The notes under the pieces were generated by a model. The model saw nothing but the letters and a program-made list of their open reading frames with translations, had not been told where the DNA came from and made no database searches. Both the position numbers and the translations under genes were made by a program. This document shows positions 33,674-46,958 of a stretch of DNA of 64,000 nt, piece after piece. The stretch is from the NCBI RefSeq assembly GCF_013315695.1, contig NZ_CP054353.1; one strand, given 5' to 3'. This DNA comes from Escherichia coli. Its GTDB lineage: Bacteria > Pseudomonadota > Gammaproteobacteria > Enterobacterales > Enterobacteriaceae. Numbering within the stretch: the stretch's first letter is position 1; every line of letters begins with the position of its first letter.

Positions 33674-34617
33674 TTAGCCTCCGGTAGAGGTCGCCCTGCA
33701 ATTTGTGATTGTATCTGCGCAGCCATCAGCCCCAGTGATGCAAAGGAGTTAGAAATTGCCTCTTCACGAGAAATCAGCACATAACGCCCGGAACGACAGG
33801 CAGTCAGAAACTGACACCATCCCGGCATGACTTTTTCCATTGCTGCCAGCTCATCCTGAGGTTTACCACCGGTGTCACCGCGCCAGGTTGCAAAAACAAA
33901 ATCGGCATCCAGTTCAGGTAAACGCTCCGCGCTCACATCCATTCGCCCACCTTCAGGAATGCTCTCAATCAGCGGCGGAAAACGAAAACCAGCATCGCGT
34001 AATACCCGCCCCAGCGAATGATAGCTATGCATCACATTAATTTTTCCCTGGTTTGCCTGAATCACCGATACCGTTATTTTTTGGCTGTCCAGCGTCGCCT
34101 TCAGCGCATTGATTTGTGCCTGATAGCGGCGTTCAAGTATCGCCAGCTGCGACTGCGTTCCTGTAAGTTCTGCCAGCTTGCGATAGATTTCTGGCGCGCC
34201 CCCTTTGAGATGATCAATGCTCACCGTGGGCGCAATTTTTTCAAGTTGTTCAATGGGCGTATTACGGGTCGGTTCTGTGATGATCAAGTCAGGCTTTGCC
34301 GCCACAATCGCTTCAATATCAATATCAGCGGTACCAATAAAGGCGATCGATGAATTATCAAAGTCGACACCTGTCAATAACGCGCCAGATCGAATGAAAT
34401 GGCTACCGTCAGGCCGAGTTCGCCCGTGGCTGGCGACAGGAGGTACACCGAGCTCAATCAGAGGAATAGTGATATCAAGATCGTGTAAAGAGACAATTCT
34501 CTTTGGATGAGCAGGAACAGTGACTTTGCGCCCTAAATCATCAGTAAATACCTGAACAGGTTCTGTTGCACGGGAAAAAAATGACAACAGTATCAGCAGA
34601 GAAAAAAATAAACGCAT
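33670..34617 (-). CDS. periplasmic iron-siderophore/cobalamin-type ABC substrate-binding protein
   Basis: About 315 aa from MRLFFSLLILLSFFSRA (signal peptide); GGGAG RBS. Confidence 0.8.
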   Translation of the reverse strand: MRLFFSLLILLSFFSRATEPVQVFTDDLGRKVTVPAHPKRIVSLHDLDITIPLIELGVPPVASHGRTRPDGSHFIRSGALLTGVDFDNSSIAFIGTADIDIEAIVAAKPDLIITEPTRNTPIEQLEKIAPTVSIDHLKGGAPEIYRKLAELTGTQSQLAILERRYQAQINALKATLDSQKITVSVIQANQGKINVMHSYHSLGRVLRDAGFRFPPLIESIPEGGRMDVSAERLPELDADFVFATWRGDTGGKPQDELAAMEKVMPGWCQFLTACRSGRYVLISREEAISNSFASLGLMAAQIQSQIAGRPLPEAK

Positions 34618-34627
34618 ATAACTCCCG

Positions 34628-35677
34628 TTAAAAACTGTTCCTGCGCTGCCAGAGCAGTAGCAAAAAAAATGGTCCACCAATCAGTGAGATAATGATTCCG
34701 GCAGGCAGTTGCAAAGGCAAAAAAGCCAAACGACCAATGCTATCCGCCAGAATAACTAACAACGCCCCCGATACCGCACTCCCCAGCAGTAATGTCGTCT
34801 GCCCGCCACGTAGAATAAAACGTGATATATGGGGTGCTATCAATCCGACAAAACCGATGTTACCAACACACGAAACGCAGACGGCTGTCAGGATTATGGG
34901 TGCGGCGACACGTAACAACGCCAGACGAGAACTATTCACCCCTAACCCGGTTGCAACCTGATGACCAAGCAGAGCGATATCCGCCGTCCTGGCGGTGAAC
35001 AGCAATAAAAGAGCGGCTGGCAACATCCAACAGGCTGAAATACCGACTAACATCCAGTTAGCTGCATGCAGGCTTCCCGATAACCACATCAATGCAGTTT
35101 GTACATCTCGAACATCTGCAGTGGTCATAAATACACCGATACCGGCGGCGAAAAACCAAGAAACACCAATACCAATCAGAACAAATCGCGGGCGGGAAAT
35201 ATCGCGCGCACAAAAAATCACGATTAAAGCCACCAACAGGCCACCAGCAAGACCAGCCACTGGACGCCAGAACACTCCCAGCATTGGAAACTGGAAAATC
35301 AGCCACAGCACAGCCACGCTACATCCTTCTTTGACGCCGATTAACCCAGGATCGGCAAGGCCGTTACGTGCAATGGATTGCATTGCGGCCCCTGCCATAC
35401 CTAACATGGCCCCGCATAGCAATGCCATGATGACTCTCGGCAAGCGAATATCCTGCACAATATAACGTGCGTCTGTGCTTACGTTTTCTGGAGCAAACAA
35501 CGCTCGTCCTACTTCCGATGCCGGAACAGAGAAAGAACCCTGCATCAGACCGAATATCAGTATTCCAACCGCAAACAGAAACAGCCCACCAAGCAACAGC
35601 AGATTTTTAGGGCGTACCAGTGTCGAAAACTTACCAACACGTAGTGGGCGTAGCCCGACGTTCATTATCCGACTCAT
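34628..35677 (-). CDS. FecCD-family ABC permease
   Basis: 349 aa polytopic membrane protein. Confidence 0.8.
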   Translation of the reverse strand: MSRIMNVGLRPLRVGKFSTLVRPKNLLLLGGLFLFAVGILIFGLMQGSFSVPASEVGRALFAPENVSTDARYIVQDIRLPRVIMALLCGAMLGMAGAAMQSIARNGLADPGLIGVKEGCSVAVLWLIFQFPMLGVFWRPVAGLAGGLLVALIVIFCARDISRPRFVLIGIGVSWFFAAGIGVFMTTADVRDVQTALMWLSGSLHAANWMLVGISACWMLPAALLLLFTARTADIALLGHQVATGLGVNSSRLALLRVAAPIILTAVCVSCVGNIGFVGLIAPHISRFILRGGQTTLLLGSAVSGALLVILADSIGRLAFLPLQLPAGIIISLIGGPFFLLLLWQRRNSF

Positions 35678-36657
35678 TTGAACATCCTCGTCGCCATAAT
35701 GACAAAAACAGGCGCACCAACTAACGCCGTCATGACACCGGTCGCTAATTCATGGGGCGTGAAAAGCGTACGGGCAATAATATCTGCCAGTAATAACAAA
35801 AGTGCGCCGACACAAGCTGAAAGAGGGAGCAGAACGCGCAGATCCGCTGATACCAGGCGCCGGACAATCTGCGGTACTAGCAGGCCGACAAAACCAATGG
35901 GGCCAGCAATCGATACGGCTGCGCCACAGAGCAACGCGATCGCAAGCAGGGTGAATGTTCGCGTGCGGAGTACAGAGACGCCCAGCCCCTGCGCCATGCG
36001 ATCGCCCAGTGCCAACATGTTAAGGGAGGGTGCAAGGTAAAGGGCTAACACAAATCCCCCCAGAGAAAACCAGGCGGACGTACCCAGCGTCGCCCAATCC
36101 TGCCCCGCTAAATCACCTGCTAGCCATGTCCGCATCGCCAGCAGTGTTTGTTCGTCAAGAATCAGGATTGCAGCCGTTATTGAGGACACGAACGCCGATA
36201 GCGCCACGCCGCATAAAGTAACTTTCATTGGCGTTAACCCTGAACGCCCTGCGGAGGAAAGCAGCAATATCAACAGGAACAATAACGCGCCGCCCGTAGA
36301 TGCCAGCAGTGGGCGTCCAACCGGAAAGGCCAGCCCAAGCGCACTGGCAGCAACGACAGCAAGAGCGGCTCCGGCATTTAAGCCTAAAATATGTGGCTCC
36401 CCCAATGGGTTACGAATGACAGCCTGCAACAAAGCACCAGCAACTCCAAGAGAAGCACCGGTAAGCAATGCTGCCGCTAAACGCGGCAAACGGAGTCTTA
36501 CAATTACGTTGTGATCGAAGTTTTGCGGTTCAAAATGAAGAAATGCCTGCAATACCGTTTGTGGTGCAATAAATCGGGCACCAATCCCTGGATATACCAC
36601 GCATCCCACCAGCAGTAAGGCGAGGAAAATTACAGTAACCAGCCCTGTGCGCATCAT
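35674..36657 (-). CDS. FecCD-family ABC permease
   Basis: 327 aa; 4-bp overlap with the neighbouring genes. Confidence 0.8.
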   Translation of the reverse strand: MMRTGLVTVIFLALLLVGCVVYPGIGARFIAPQTVLQAFLHFEPQNFDHNVIVRLRLPRLAAALLTGASLGVAGALLQAVIRNPLGEPHILGLNAGAALAVVAASALGLAFPVGRPLLASTGGALLFLLILLLSSAGRSGLTPMKVTLCGVALSAFVSSITAAILILDEQTLLAMRTWLAGDLAGQDWATLGTSAWFSLGGFVLALYLAPSLNMLALGDRMAQGLGVSVLRTRTFTLLAIALLCGAAVSIAGPIGFVGLLVPQIVRRLVSADLRVLLPLSACVGALLLLLADIIARTLFTPHELATGVMTALVGAPVFVIMATRMFK

Positions 36658-37463
36658 ACTTTTTCTACACCACGAAACGGCATGAAGAACGGCTTTCCCG
36701 TCAGAGGATTTATTGATGCGTGAACATCAACGTCAAAGACAGCTTTTACCAGCTCAGGCGTGCAATGCTCCCCCTCATTCAACACACGCACCACTTTCCC
36801 CTGGCGTAAAAATATCAACGTATCGCCATAATTGACGGCAAAATTCAGATCATGCAACACCACGACGACTGTACGCCCGTGATGACGTGTTAAATCATGT
36901 AATAACTCAAGAATTTCAACCTGATAACGTAAATCAAGCCAGGTTGTGGGTTCATCCAGCAGGATATAAGGCGTCTTTTGCGCCAACACCATCGCAATCC
37001 AGCAACGCTGACGCTGCCCGCCAGAGAGTTTTTCAACAGGTAAATGTGCAAACTCCTGCGTACCCGTTAATTTCAGGGCCTCTTCTACCGCCAGCTCATC
37101 GGCGTCGCTCCATTGACGAATGAAATTCTGCCAGGGAAAACGCCCACGCGACACCAGTTCATAAACGGTTAAGCCCTCCGGCAATAATGGCGACTGCGGC
37201 AAGATCCCAAGTCTACGGGATAACGCTTTCGTTGGTTGCTCGTGAATCGCTTTGCCATCAAGCAATATCGAACCGCCCATGGGTTGCAAGATACGTGCAA
37301 TGGTGCTGAGCAACGTCGACTTTCCACAGCCGTTTGCCCCAACCAGAACGGTCATTTTTTCTGTGGGAACGGAGAAAGAAACACCATCAACAATGATCTT
37401 CTTGTGATACCCGGCAGAAACATTGTCGAGGATCAGCCCCTGCCCTTTTGCGTTATGTGCCAC
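36654..37463 (-). CDS. ABC transporter ATP-binding protein (FecE/FepC-like)
   Basis: 269 aa; Walker A GANGCGKST, signature LSGGQRQR. Confidence 0.85.
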   Translation of the reverse strand: MAHNAKGQGLILDNVSAGYHKKIIVDGVSFSVPTEKMTVLVGANGCGKSTLLSTIARILQPMGGSILLDGKAIHEQPTKALSRRLGILPQSPLLPEGLTVYELVSRGRFPWQNFIRQWSDADELAVEEALKLTGTQEFAHLPVEKLSGGQRQRCWIAMVLAQKTPYILLDEPTTWLDLRYQVEILELLHDLTRHHGRTVVVVLHDLNFAVNYGDTLIFLRQGKVVRVLNEGEHCTPELVKAVFDVDVHASINPLTGKPFFMPFRGVEKV

Positions 37464-37717
37464 GTGTACGCCAACTTAATCAAAGACAAACAAAAATAAA
37501 ACTCATTCTCCTTTGAGAGTTTGACGCCACAAAATGTAGTAGTCAAGCAGTTAAAAGCCACACAAAAACAAGGTAAATAACAGGTAAAATATTTTTGCAC
37601 ATAAAAATAAAAACATTAAATATCAATAATTTAAAAGCAATCAAATTGTATAAACTTTTCATAAAAACACATGTAGCAATTTTTTGTTATTTCTCATTTA
37701 CTACTACATTACTGCGT

Positions 37718-37738
37718 GATTGAATGATTCTCAATTAC
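37718..37738. promoter_or_regulatory. candidate Fur box in the divergent promoter region of the iron-uptake locus
   Basis: gattgaatgattctcaattac, partial match to the Fur consensus, in a 370-bp AT-rich spacer. Confidence 0.3.
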
Positions 37739-37836
37739 ATATCCGATGGCGAAATAACAAACGGATAGTGCTTAGTGAGCAATAAGAAACAATTTTCACT
37801 CGCGACAATCCGCGAGTTTTTGGGATAACAGACTAA

Positions 37837-39978
37837 ATGGCTATGTTCACACCTTCATTCTCAGGACTCAAAGGTCGGGCGCTCTTTTCACTGCTTTTTG
37901 CGGCACCGATGATTCATGCAACAGACTCTGTAACGACCAAAGATGGCGAAACAATCACTGTTACAGCAGATGCAAATACCGCAACTGAGGCAACCGATGG
38001 TTATCAACCTCTGAGCACCTCTACGGCGACATTAACCGATATGCCGATGCTGGATATCCCGCAGGTGGTCAATACGGTTAGCGATCAGGTTCTGGAAAAC
38101 CAGAATGCGACAACGCTGGATGAGGCGCTTTATAACGTCAGTAACGTGGTACAGACCAATACATTAGGCGGGACTCAGGATGCTTTTGTACGCCGTGGGT
38201 TTGGCGCAAACCGGGATGGCTCCATCATGACCAACGGCCTGCGAACTGTACTTCCTCGCAGTTTCAACGCCGCCACAGAACGTGTGGAAGTGCTAAAAGG
38301 TCCGGCCTCCACGCTGTATGGCATTCTCGATCCTGGTGGATTGATTAACGTCGTGACCAAGCGCCCGGAAAAAACATTCCATGGTTCTGTCTCAGCCACG
38401 TCCTCCAGTTTTGGCGGAGGCACTGGGCAACTTGATATCACAGGTCCCATTGAAGGCACTCAGCTGGCATACCGCCTGACGGGGGAAGTGCAGGATGAAG
38501 ATTACTGGCGAAACTTCGGTAAAGAGCGCAGTACATTTATTGCCCCGTCACTCACCTGGTTTGGTGATAATGCAACAGTAACCATGCTCTATTCCCATCG
38601 GGACTATAAAACTCCGTTCGATCGTGGAACGATTTTCGACCTTACGACGAAACAGCCCGTAAACGTTGATCGAAAAATACGTTTTGACGAACCGTTTAAT
38701 ATTACAGATGGTCAGTCCGATCTGGCGCAACTCAACGCAGAATATCATCTCAATAGCCAGTGGACAGCGCGCTTTGATTACAGCTACAGCCAGGATAAAT
38801 ACAGCGACAATCAGGCTCGCGTTACCGCGTATGATGCAACGACAGGAACGCTGACACGGCGTGTTGATGCAACTCAGGGATCTACCCAGCGTATGCATTC
38901 TACTCGTGCGGATCTGCAAGGGAATGCTGATATTGCTGGGTTCTATAATGAGATTCTGGGTGGGGTGTCATATGAATATTATGATCTTCTGCGCACAGAT
39001 ATGATTCGCTGTAAAAACGCTAAAGATTTCAATATCTACAACCCCGTTTATGGCAATACCAGCAAATGCACAACGGTTTCGGCGTCGGACAGTGATCAGA
39101 CGATCAAACAGGAGAGCTACTCAGCGTATGCACAGGACGCGCTCTATCTGACCGATAACTGGATTGCCGTCGCCGGGATCCGCTATCAGTATTACACGCA
39201 GTATGCGGGTAAAGGCCGTCCTTTTAATGTCAATACTGACAGCCGCGATGAACAATGGACGCCCAAACTGGGGTTAGTCTACAAACTGACGCCATCGGTA
39301 TCCTTATTTGCCAATTATTCGCAAACATTTATGCCGCAGTCGTCAATTGCCAGCTACATTGGCGATCTTCCACCGGAATCATCTAATGCTTACGAAGTCG
39401 GGGCAAAATTCGAGCTATTCGATGGTATCACCGCAGATATTGCGCTGTTTGATATCCATAAACGTAACGTGTTGTATACCGAAAGTATTGGTGATGAAAC
39501 CATTGCCAAAACGGCAGGCCGTGTTCGTTCAAGAGGGGTAGAAGTCGACCTTGCGGGAGCATTAACTGAAAACATTAATATCATTGCCAGCTACGGCTAT
39601 ACCGATGCTAAGGTTCTGGAGGATCCTGATTATGCAGGGAAACCATTGCCGAATGTTCCTCGTCATACCGGTTCGCTATTCCTGACTTATGACATTCATA
39701 ACATGCCTGGCAATAACACACTGACGTTTGGCGGTGGTGGACATGGCGTAAGCCGTCGTTCGGCAACCAATGGGGCTGACTATTATCTGCCAGGCTATTT
39801 CGTTGCCGATGCCTTCGCTGCATACAAAATGAAATTGCAGTATCCGGTCACACTGCAATTAAACGTCAAAAACCTGTTTGATAAAACGTATTACACCTCT
39901 TCCATCGCCACAAATAATCTGGGGAATCAGATTGGCGATCCGCGTGAAGTGCAATTCACGGTGAAAATGGAATTTTGA
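37837..39978 (+). CDS. TonB-dependent outer-membrane siderophore-type receptor
   Basis: 713 aa; signal peptide; TonB-box-like ETITVTA; C-terminal aromatic residue (F). Confidence 0.85.
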   Translation: MAMFTPSFSGLKGRALFSLLFAAPMIHATDSVTTKDGETITVTADANTATEATDGYQPLSTSTATLTDMPMLDIPQVVNTVSDQVLENQNATTLDEALYNVSNVVQTNTLGGTQDAFVRRGFGANRDGSIMTNGLRTVLPRSFNAATERVEVLKGPASTLYGILDPGGLINVVTKRPEKTFHGSVSATSSSFGGGTGQLDITGPIEGTQLAYRLTGEVQDEDYWRNFGKERSTFIAPSLTWFGDNATVTMLYSHRDYKTPFDRGTIFDLTTKQPVNVDRKIRFDEPFNITDGQSDLAQLNAEYHLNSQWTARFDYSYSQDKYSDNQARVTAYDATTGTLTRRVDATQGSTQRMHSTRADLQGNADIAGFYNEILGGVSYEYYDLLRTDMIRCKNAKDFNIYNPVYGNTSKCTTVSASDSDQTIKQESYSAYAQDALYLTDNWIAVAGIRYQYYTQYAGKGRPFNVNTDSRDEQWTPKLGLVYKLTPSVSLFANYSQTFMPQSSIASYIGDLPPESSNAYEVGAKFELFDGITADIALFDIHKRNVLYTESIGDETIAKTAGRVRSRGVEVDLAGALTENINIIASYGYTDAKVLEDPDYAGKPLPNVPRHTGSLFLTYDIHNMPGNNTLTFGGGGHGVSRRSATNGADYYLPGYFVADAFAAYKMKLQYPVTLQLNVKNLFDKTYYTSSIATNNLGNQIGDPREVQFTVKMEF

Positions 39979-39980
39979 TC

Positions 39981-40022
39981 AAAAAAGCCCGGTATACACT
40001 TGTATACCGGGCTATTTTTTAT
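39981..40022. terminator. bidirectional terminator between the receptor gene and parE
   Basis: Hairpin agcccggtatacacttgtataccgggct flanked by an A-run and a T-run. Confidence 0.55.
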
Positions 40023-40041
40023 TCTTCTGGCGGGAGGATTA

Positions 40042-41937
<1,896 letters not shown>

Positions 41938-41962
41938 TTAAGTTAGCAATTCGAGTTGATCG

Positions 41963-42544
41963 TCAGAGATGGTGCAGACCAAGAAAATCGACGATCGGGT
42001 TGAAATAATCTTCGAAGCCCGTGAATGCGTGGTTGCCGCCTTCTATGACAGTCTGGCGGCAGGAAGCGTAGTACGCCACCGCCTGGCGGTAATCCAGCAC
42101 TTCATCTCCCGTCTGTTGCAGCAGCCAGATCAAATCCGGCGCTTCCAGCGGGTCAATCTGCATGACTTTGAGATCGTAAATATGGCGTGACTCTAGCACA
42201 TATTGCTGCCCGGTGTAGGGGTTCTCGTTCTGACCGAGATAGTCCGTCAGCAGTTCAAACGGGCGCACCGCCGGGTTGACCACCACTGCGGGCAGCATAA
42301 AACATTGCGACAACCAGGTGGCGTAATATCCCCCCAGTGACGAACCGACAATACCCAGCGAATCGCCGCCATGTTCCAGGACAATGGATTCCAGCAGTTC
42401 TGCCGCGTCAGAAGGATACGGCGGCAACTGCGGAATGATCATCTCTACGTCAGGGTGATGTTCCGCCAACCAGTTTTTTAACAAGCTCGCTTTTGCAGAG
42501 CGCGGCGAGCTGTTGAAACCGTGTAAATAAAGAAGCGTAGACAT
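41963..42544 (-). CDS. yqiA: alpha/beta-hydrolase esterase
   Basis: 193 aa. Confidence 0.8.
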   Translation of the reverse strand: MSTLLYLHGFNSSPRSAKASLLKNWLAEHHPDVEMIIPQLPPYPSDAAELLESIVLEHGGDSLGIVGSSLGGYYATWLSQCFMLPAVVVNPAVRPFELLTDYLGQNENPYTGQQYVLESRHIYDLKVMQIDPLEAPDLIWLLQQTGDEVLDYRQAVAYYASCRQTVIEGGNHAFTGFEDYFNPIVDFLGLHHL

Positions 42545-43371
42545 CAGTAGCCTTCTGAAGCGGTATCAGGTTGGAAACGTGTGTCCGCCAGGCGATGCAC
42601 CTCGGTGGTCAGCGTGCCATCAGCATGTAACTCGAGAGTACGCCAGCCGGGCGCGATGGTGTCCAGCGTAAAGTTAGAACAGTGCGGCTTAAACTGCACA
42701 CAGGTCGACGGCGTTGCCAGCAGGCGGCGACCGTTCCAGTCGAGATCCAGCTCCTGATGAATATGACCGCACAGCAAGTATTTGACGTGCGGAAACTTCG
42801 CCAGCACGGTATCCAGTTCGCCCGCGTTACGCAGGCTGTGTTGATCAAGCCAACTACAACCCGCAGGTAGCGGATGATGATGCAGCAGCAGCAACGTATG
42901 GCGTTCTGGCGCATCGGCCAGTTTACGTTCCAGCCACTCAAGCTGAAACTCGCTCAGCTCACCGTGCGGCACGCCAAACACCTGGCTATCCAGCAACAGG
43001 ATTTGCCATTGCTCACCAATAAACACCCGCTTCGCCGGGGAGATACCCGCATCCTGTAACGCGCTGTACATCGCGGGCTGGAAATCGTGGTTGCCCGGCA
43101 GCCAGACGCAGGGCGCACGAAAACTTGCGATGCCTTCAGCGAAATGCTGATAGGCCGCAGAGGATTGATCCTGCGCTAAATCACCTGTCGCGACAATCAG
43201 GTCGAATTCGTGCTGGTGTGGCCGAATCGCCTCCAGCACCGCCTGGTAGCTTTCCCAGGTGTTTACCCCTAACAGGGCTTCGTGCTTTTGCGCAAACAGG
43301 TGAGTGTCGGTAATTTGTAAAATCCTGACTCTGGCCTCACCAGCCAGAGGAAGGGTTAACAGGCTTTCCAA
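42544..43371 (-). CDS. cpdA: 3',5'-cyclic AMP phosphodiesterase
   Basis: 275 aa metallophosphoesterase. Confidence 0.85.
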   Translation of the reverse strand: MESLLTLPLAGEARVRILQITDTHLFAQKHEALLGVNTWESYQAVLEAIRPHQHEFDLIVATGDLAQDQSSAAYQHFAEGIASFRAPCVWLPGNHDFQPAMYSALQDAGISPAKRVFIGEQWQILLLDSQVFGVPHGELSEFQLEWLERKLADAPERHTLLLLHHHPLPAGCSWLDQHSLRNAGELDTVLAKFPHVKYLLCGHIHQELDLDWNGRRLLATPSTCVQFKPHCSNFTLDTIAPGWRTLELHADGTLTTEVHRLADTRFQPDTASEGY

Positions 43372-43395
43372 ATGGTGTCCTTAGGTTTCACGACG

Positions 43396-43818
43396 CTAAT
43401 AAACCGGAATCGCCATCGCTCCATGTGCTAAACAGTATCGCAACCAGTCCGCTAAAAACTGATTAATTTGATGCTTTTCGTCGCGTTGATGCAACTTTTT
43501 ATTAGGATAATCATACCGCGCTTTGAAGCGAAAAATCTGCTGGCTTGAACACACTTCAGCCACCATCGCGTCATGATACAGACGCACCGTCATTGACGGA
43601 AGGCTCCAGTAACTGATCGCGGGCGCAGTCTGTTCTATTGTCACCAGGGTAGTGTATCGGGTCGATTCCACAATCGTCAGCCGATATTGTGCGTTTGCCA
43701 CCTGATAGCTTACAGTTTCGCCGGGTGCGTCATTGCGCGGTAACAAACGGCGCAATTGTGAAAAGTTCATCTCGCACAGGCGCATCATTTCAGGAAAGTC
43801 AGGTGTGTAACGCTTCAT
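43396..43818 (-). CDS. yqiB: DUF1249-family protein
   Basis: 140 aa. Confidence 0.75.
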
Positions 43819-44448
43819 TTATGCCCACTCATTTTTTAACGCTTGATGATGCAGCTGCAGCCATTGCAAAGCGATGACCGACGCTGCGTTGTCGATTTTC
43901 CCCTCTTCTACCCACTGGTATGCCTGTTCCCGGCTTACCACATGAACGCGAATATCTTCGTTTTCATCAGCCAGACCGTGAATACCGCTTGCGGTCGTGG
44001 CGTCCACTTCGCCCACCATAATTGACGAACGCTCACTGGTGCCCCCCGGGCTTGCCAGGAAACTTAACACCGGTTTGGTCCGTTTGACTATCAGCCCCGC
44101 CTCTTCAATCGCTTCGCGACGGGCAACATCTTCCACACTTTCCCCCTCTTCAATCATCCCGGCAACCATCTCCAGTAGCCAGGGGGTTTCGCTAGTGTCG
44201 TACGCGGCAATTCGAATCTGCTCAATCAGCACAACTTCATCACGCACTGGGTCAAAGGGTAGCAAGACTGCGGCGTGACCGCGCTCAAAAATTTCCCGCC
44301 GTACCTCATGACTCATTTGCCCGTTGAATAGACGATGACGAAATCTATAAAGATCTAATGAAAAAAAGCCGCGATAAAGTGTTTCTCGTGCAATAATTTC
44401 TACATCGTTTTTGCCAAATGTAACGGGCAGGTTGTCTGGCTTAAGCAT
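43819..44448 (-). CDS. nudF: ADP-ribose pyrophosphatase (Nudix)
   Basis: 209 aa; Nudix box. Confidence 0.85.
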
Positions 44449-44652
44449 TGTTAATGTCCTGGCACTAATAGTGAATTAAATGTGAATTTCAGCGACGTTT
44501 GACTGCCGTTTGAGCAGTCATGTGTTAAATTGAGGCACATTAACGCCCTATGGCACGTAACGCCAACCTTTTGCGGTAGCGGCTTCTGCTAGAATCCGCA
44601 ATAATTTTACAGTTTGATCGCGCTAAATACTGCTTCACCACAAGGAATGCAA

Positions 44653-46134
44653 ATGAAGAAATTGCTCCCCATTCTTATCGGCCTGAGCCTTTCTGGGTTC
44701 AGTTCGTTGAGCCAGGCCGAGAACCTGATGCAAGTTTATCAGCAAGCACGCCTTAGTAACCCGGAATTGCGTAAGTCTGCTGCCGATCGTGATGCTGCCT
44801 TTGAAAAAATTAATGAAGCGCGCAGTCCATTACTGCCACAGCTAGGTTTAGGTGCAGATTACACCTACAGCAACGGCTACCGCGACGCGAACGGCATCAA
44901 CTCTAACGCGACCAGTGCGTCCCTGCAGTTAACTCAATCCATTTTTGATATGTCGAAATGGCATGCGTTAACGCTGCAGGAAAAAGCAGCTGGGATTCAG
45001 GACGTCACGTATCAGACCGATCAACAAACCTTGATCCTCAACACCGCGACCGCTTATTTCAACGTGTTGAATGCTATTGACGTTCTTTCCTATACACAGG
45101 CGCAAAAAGAAGCGATCTACCGTCAATTAGATCAAACCACCCAACGTTTTAACGTGGGCCTGGTAGCGATCACTGACGTGCAGAACGCCCGCGCACAGTA
45201 CGATACCGTGCTGGCGAACGAAGTGACCGCACGTAATAACCTTGATAACGCGGTAGAGCAGCTGCGCCAGATCACCGGTAACTACTATCCGGAACTGGCG
45301 GCGCTGAATGTCGAAAACTTTAAAACCGACAAACCACAGCCGGTTAACACGCTGCTGAAAGAAGCCGAAAAACGCAACCTGTCGTTGTTACAGGCGCGCT
45401 TGAGCCAGGACCTGGCGCGCGAGCAAATTCGCCAGGCGCAGGATGGTCACTTACCGACTCTGGATTTAACGGCTTCTACCGGGATTTCTGACACCTCTTA
45501 TAGCGGTTCGAAAACCCGTGGTGCCGCTGGTACCCAGTATGACGATAGCAATATGGGCCAGAACAAAGTTGGCCTGAGCTTCTCGCTGCCGATTTATCAG
45601 GGCGGAATGGTTAACTCGCAGGTGAAACAGGCCCAGTACAACTTTGTTGGTGCCAGCGAGCAACTGGAAAGCGCGCATCGTAGCGTCGTGCAAACCGTAC
45701 GTTCCTCCTTCAACAACATTAATGCTTCTATCAGTAGCATTAACGCCTACAAACAAGCCGTAGTTTCCGCTCAAAGCTCATTAGACGCGATGGAAGCGGG
45801 CTACTCGGTCGGTACGCGTACCATTGTTGATGTGTTGGATGCGACCACCACGCTGTACAACGCTAAGCAAGAGCTGGCAAATGCGCGTTATAACTACCTG
45901 ATTAACCAGTTGAATATTAAGTCAGCTCTGGGTACGTTGAACGAGCAGGATCTGCTGGCACTGAACAATGCGCTGAGCAAACCGGTTTCCACTAATCCGG
46001 AAAACGTTGCCCCGCAAACGCCGGAACAGAATGCTATTGCTGATGGTTATGCGCCTGATAGCCCGGCACCCGTCGTTCAGCAAACATCCGCACGCACTAC
46101 CACCAGTAACGGTCATAACCCTTTCCGTAACTGA
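44653..46134 (+). CDS. tolC: outer-membrane efflux channel
   Basis: 493 aa from MKKLLPILIGLSL...; AAGGA RBS. Confidence 0.95.
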   Translation: MKKLLPILIGLSLSGFSSLSQAENLMQVYQQARLSNPELRKSAADRDAAFEKINEARSPLLPQLGLGADYTYSNGYRDANGINSNATSASLQLTQSIFDMSKWHALTLQEKAAGIQDVTYQTDQQTLILNTATAYFNVLNAIDVLSYTQAQKEAIYRQLDQTTQRFNVGLVAITDVQNARAQYDTVLANEVTARNNLDNAVEQLRQITGNYYPELAALNVENFKTDKPQPVNTLLKEAEKRNLSLLQARLSQDLAREQIRQAQDGHLPTLDLTASTGISDTSYSGSKTRGAAGTQYDDSNMGQNKVGLSFSLPIYQGGMVNSQVKQAQYNFVGASEQLESAHRSVVQTVRSSFNNINASISSINAYKQAVVSAQSSLDAMEAGYSVGTRTIVDVLDATTTLYNAKQELANARYNYLINQLNIKSALGTLNEQDLLALNNALSKPVSTNPENVAPQTPEQNAIADGYAPDSPAPVVQQTSARTTTSNGHNPFRN

Positions 46135-46281
46135 TGACGACGACGGGGCTTCGGCCCCGTCTGAACGTAAGGCAACGTAAAGATACGGGTTATCTGCCGC
46201 ATTCTTCCCCCTTCTCGCTTCAATTTCGACCAGCCATCCTCTATTCTGATGGGTATTTACCACTGGTCCCGGAAGACAAAA

Positions 46282-46953
46282 ATGAAACGGACAAAATCCA
46301 TACGCCACGCATCGTTCCGCAAAAACTGGAGCGCACGCCATCTGACACCAGTCGCTCTCGCGGTTGCCACTGTTTTTATGCTGGCGGGCTGTGAAAAGAG
46401 TGATGAAACAGTGTCTCTCTATCAAAATGCTGACGACTGTTCAGCTGCAAACCCAGGCAAAAGCGCCGAATGTACCACTGCGTACAACAATGCGCTGAAA
46501 GAAGCCGAACGTACTGCGCCGAAATACGCCACCCGTGAAGACTGTGTTGCTGAATTTGGTGAAGGTCAGTGCCAGCAGGCACCAGCCCAGGCTGGCATGG
46601 CACCGGAAAACCAGGCGCAGGCCCAGCAATCCAGCGGGAGTTTCTGGATGCCGCTGATGGCCGGTTACATGATGGGGCGTCTGATGGGCGGCGGCGCGGG
46701 ATTTGCACAGCAGCCGCTGTTCTCCTCGAAAAACCCAGCCAGCCCGGCTTACGGTAAATATACCGACGCGACGGGTAAAAACTATGGCGCAGCCCAGCCA
46801 GGCCGCACCATGACCGTACCGAAGACGGCAATGGCACCAAAACCGGCGACCACCACCACCGTTACTCGTGGCGGTTTTGGTGAATCTGTTGCCAAACAAA
46901 GCACTATGCAGCGTAGCGCAACCGGCACCTCTTCTCGTTCAATGGGTGGCTGA
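46282..46953 (+). CDS. ygiB: DUF1190-family lipoprotein
   Basis: 223 aa from [10 protein letters not shown]... Confidence 0.75.
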
Positions 46954-46958
46954 TACCG

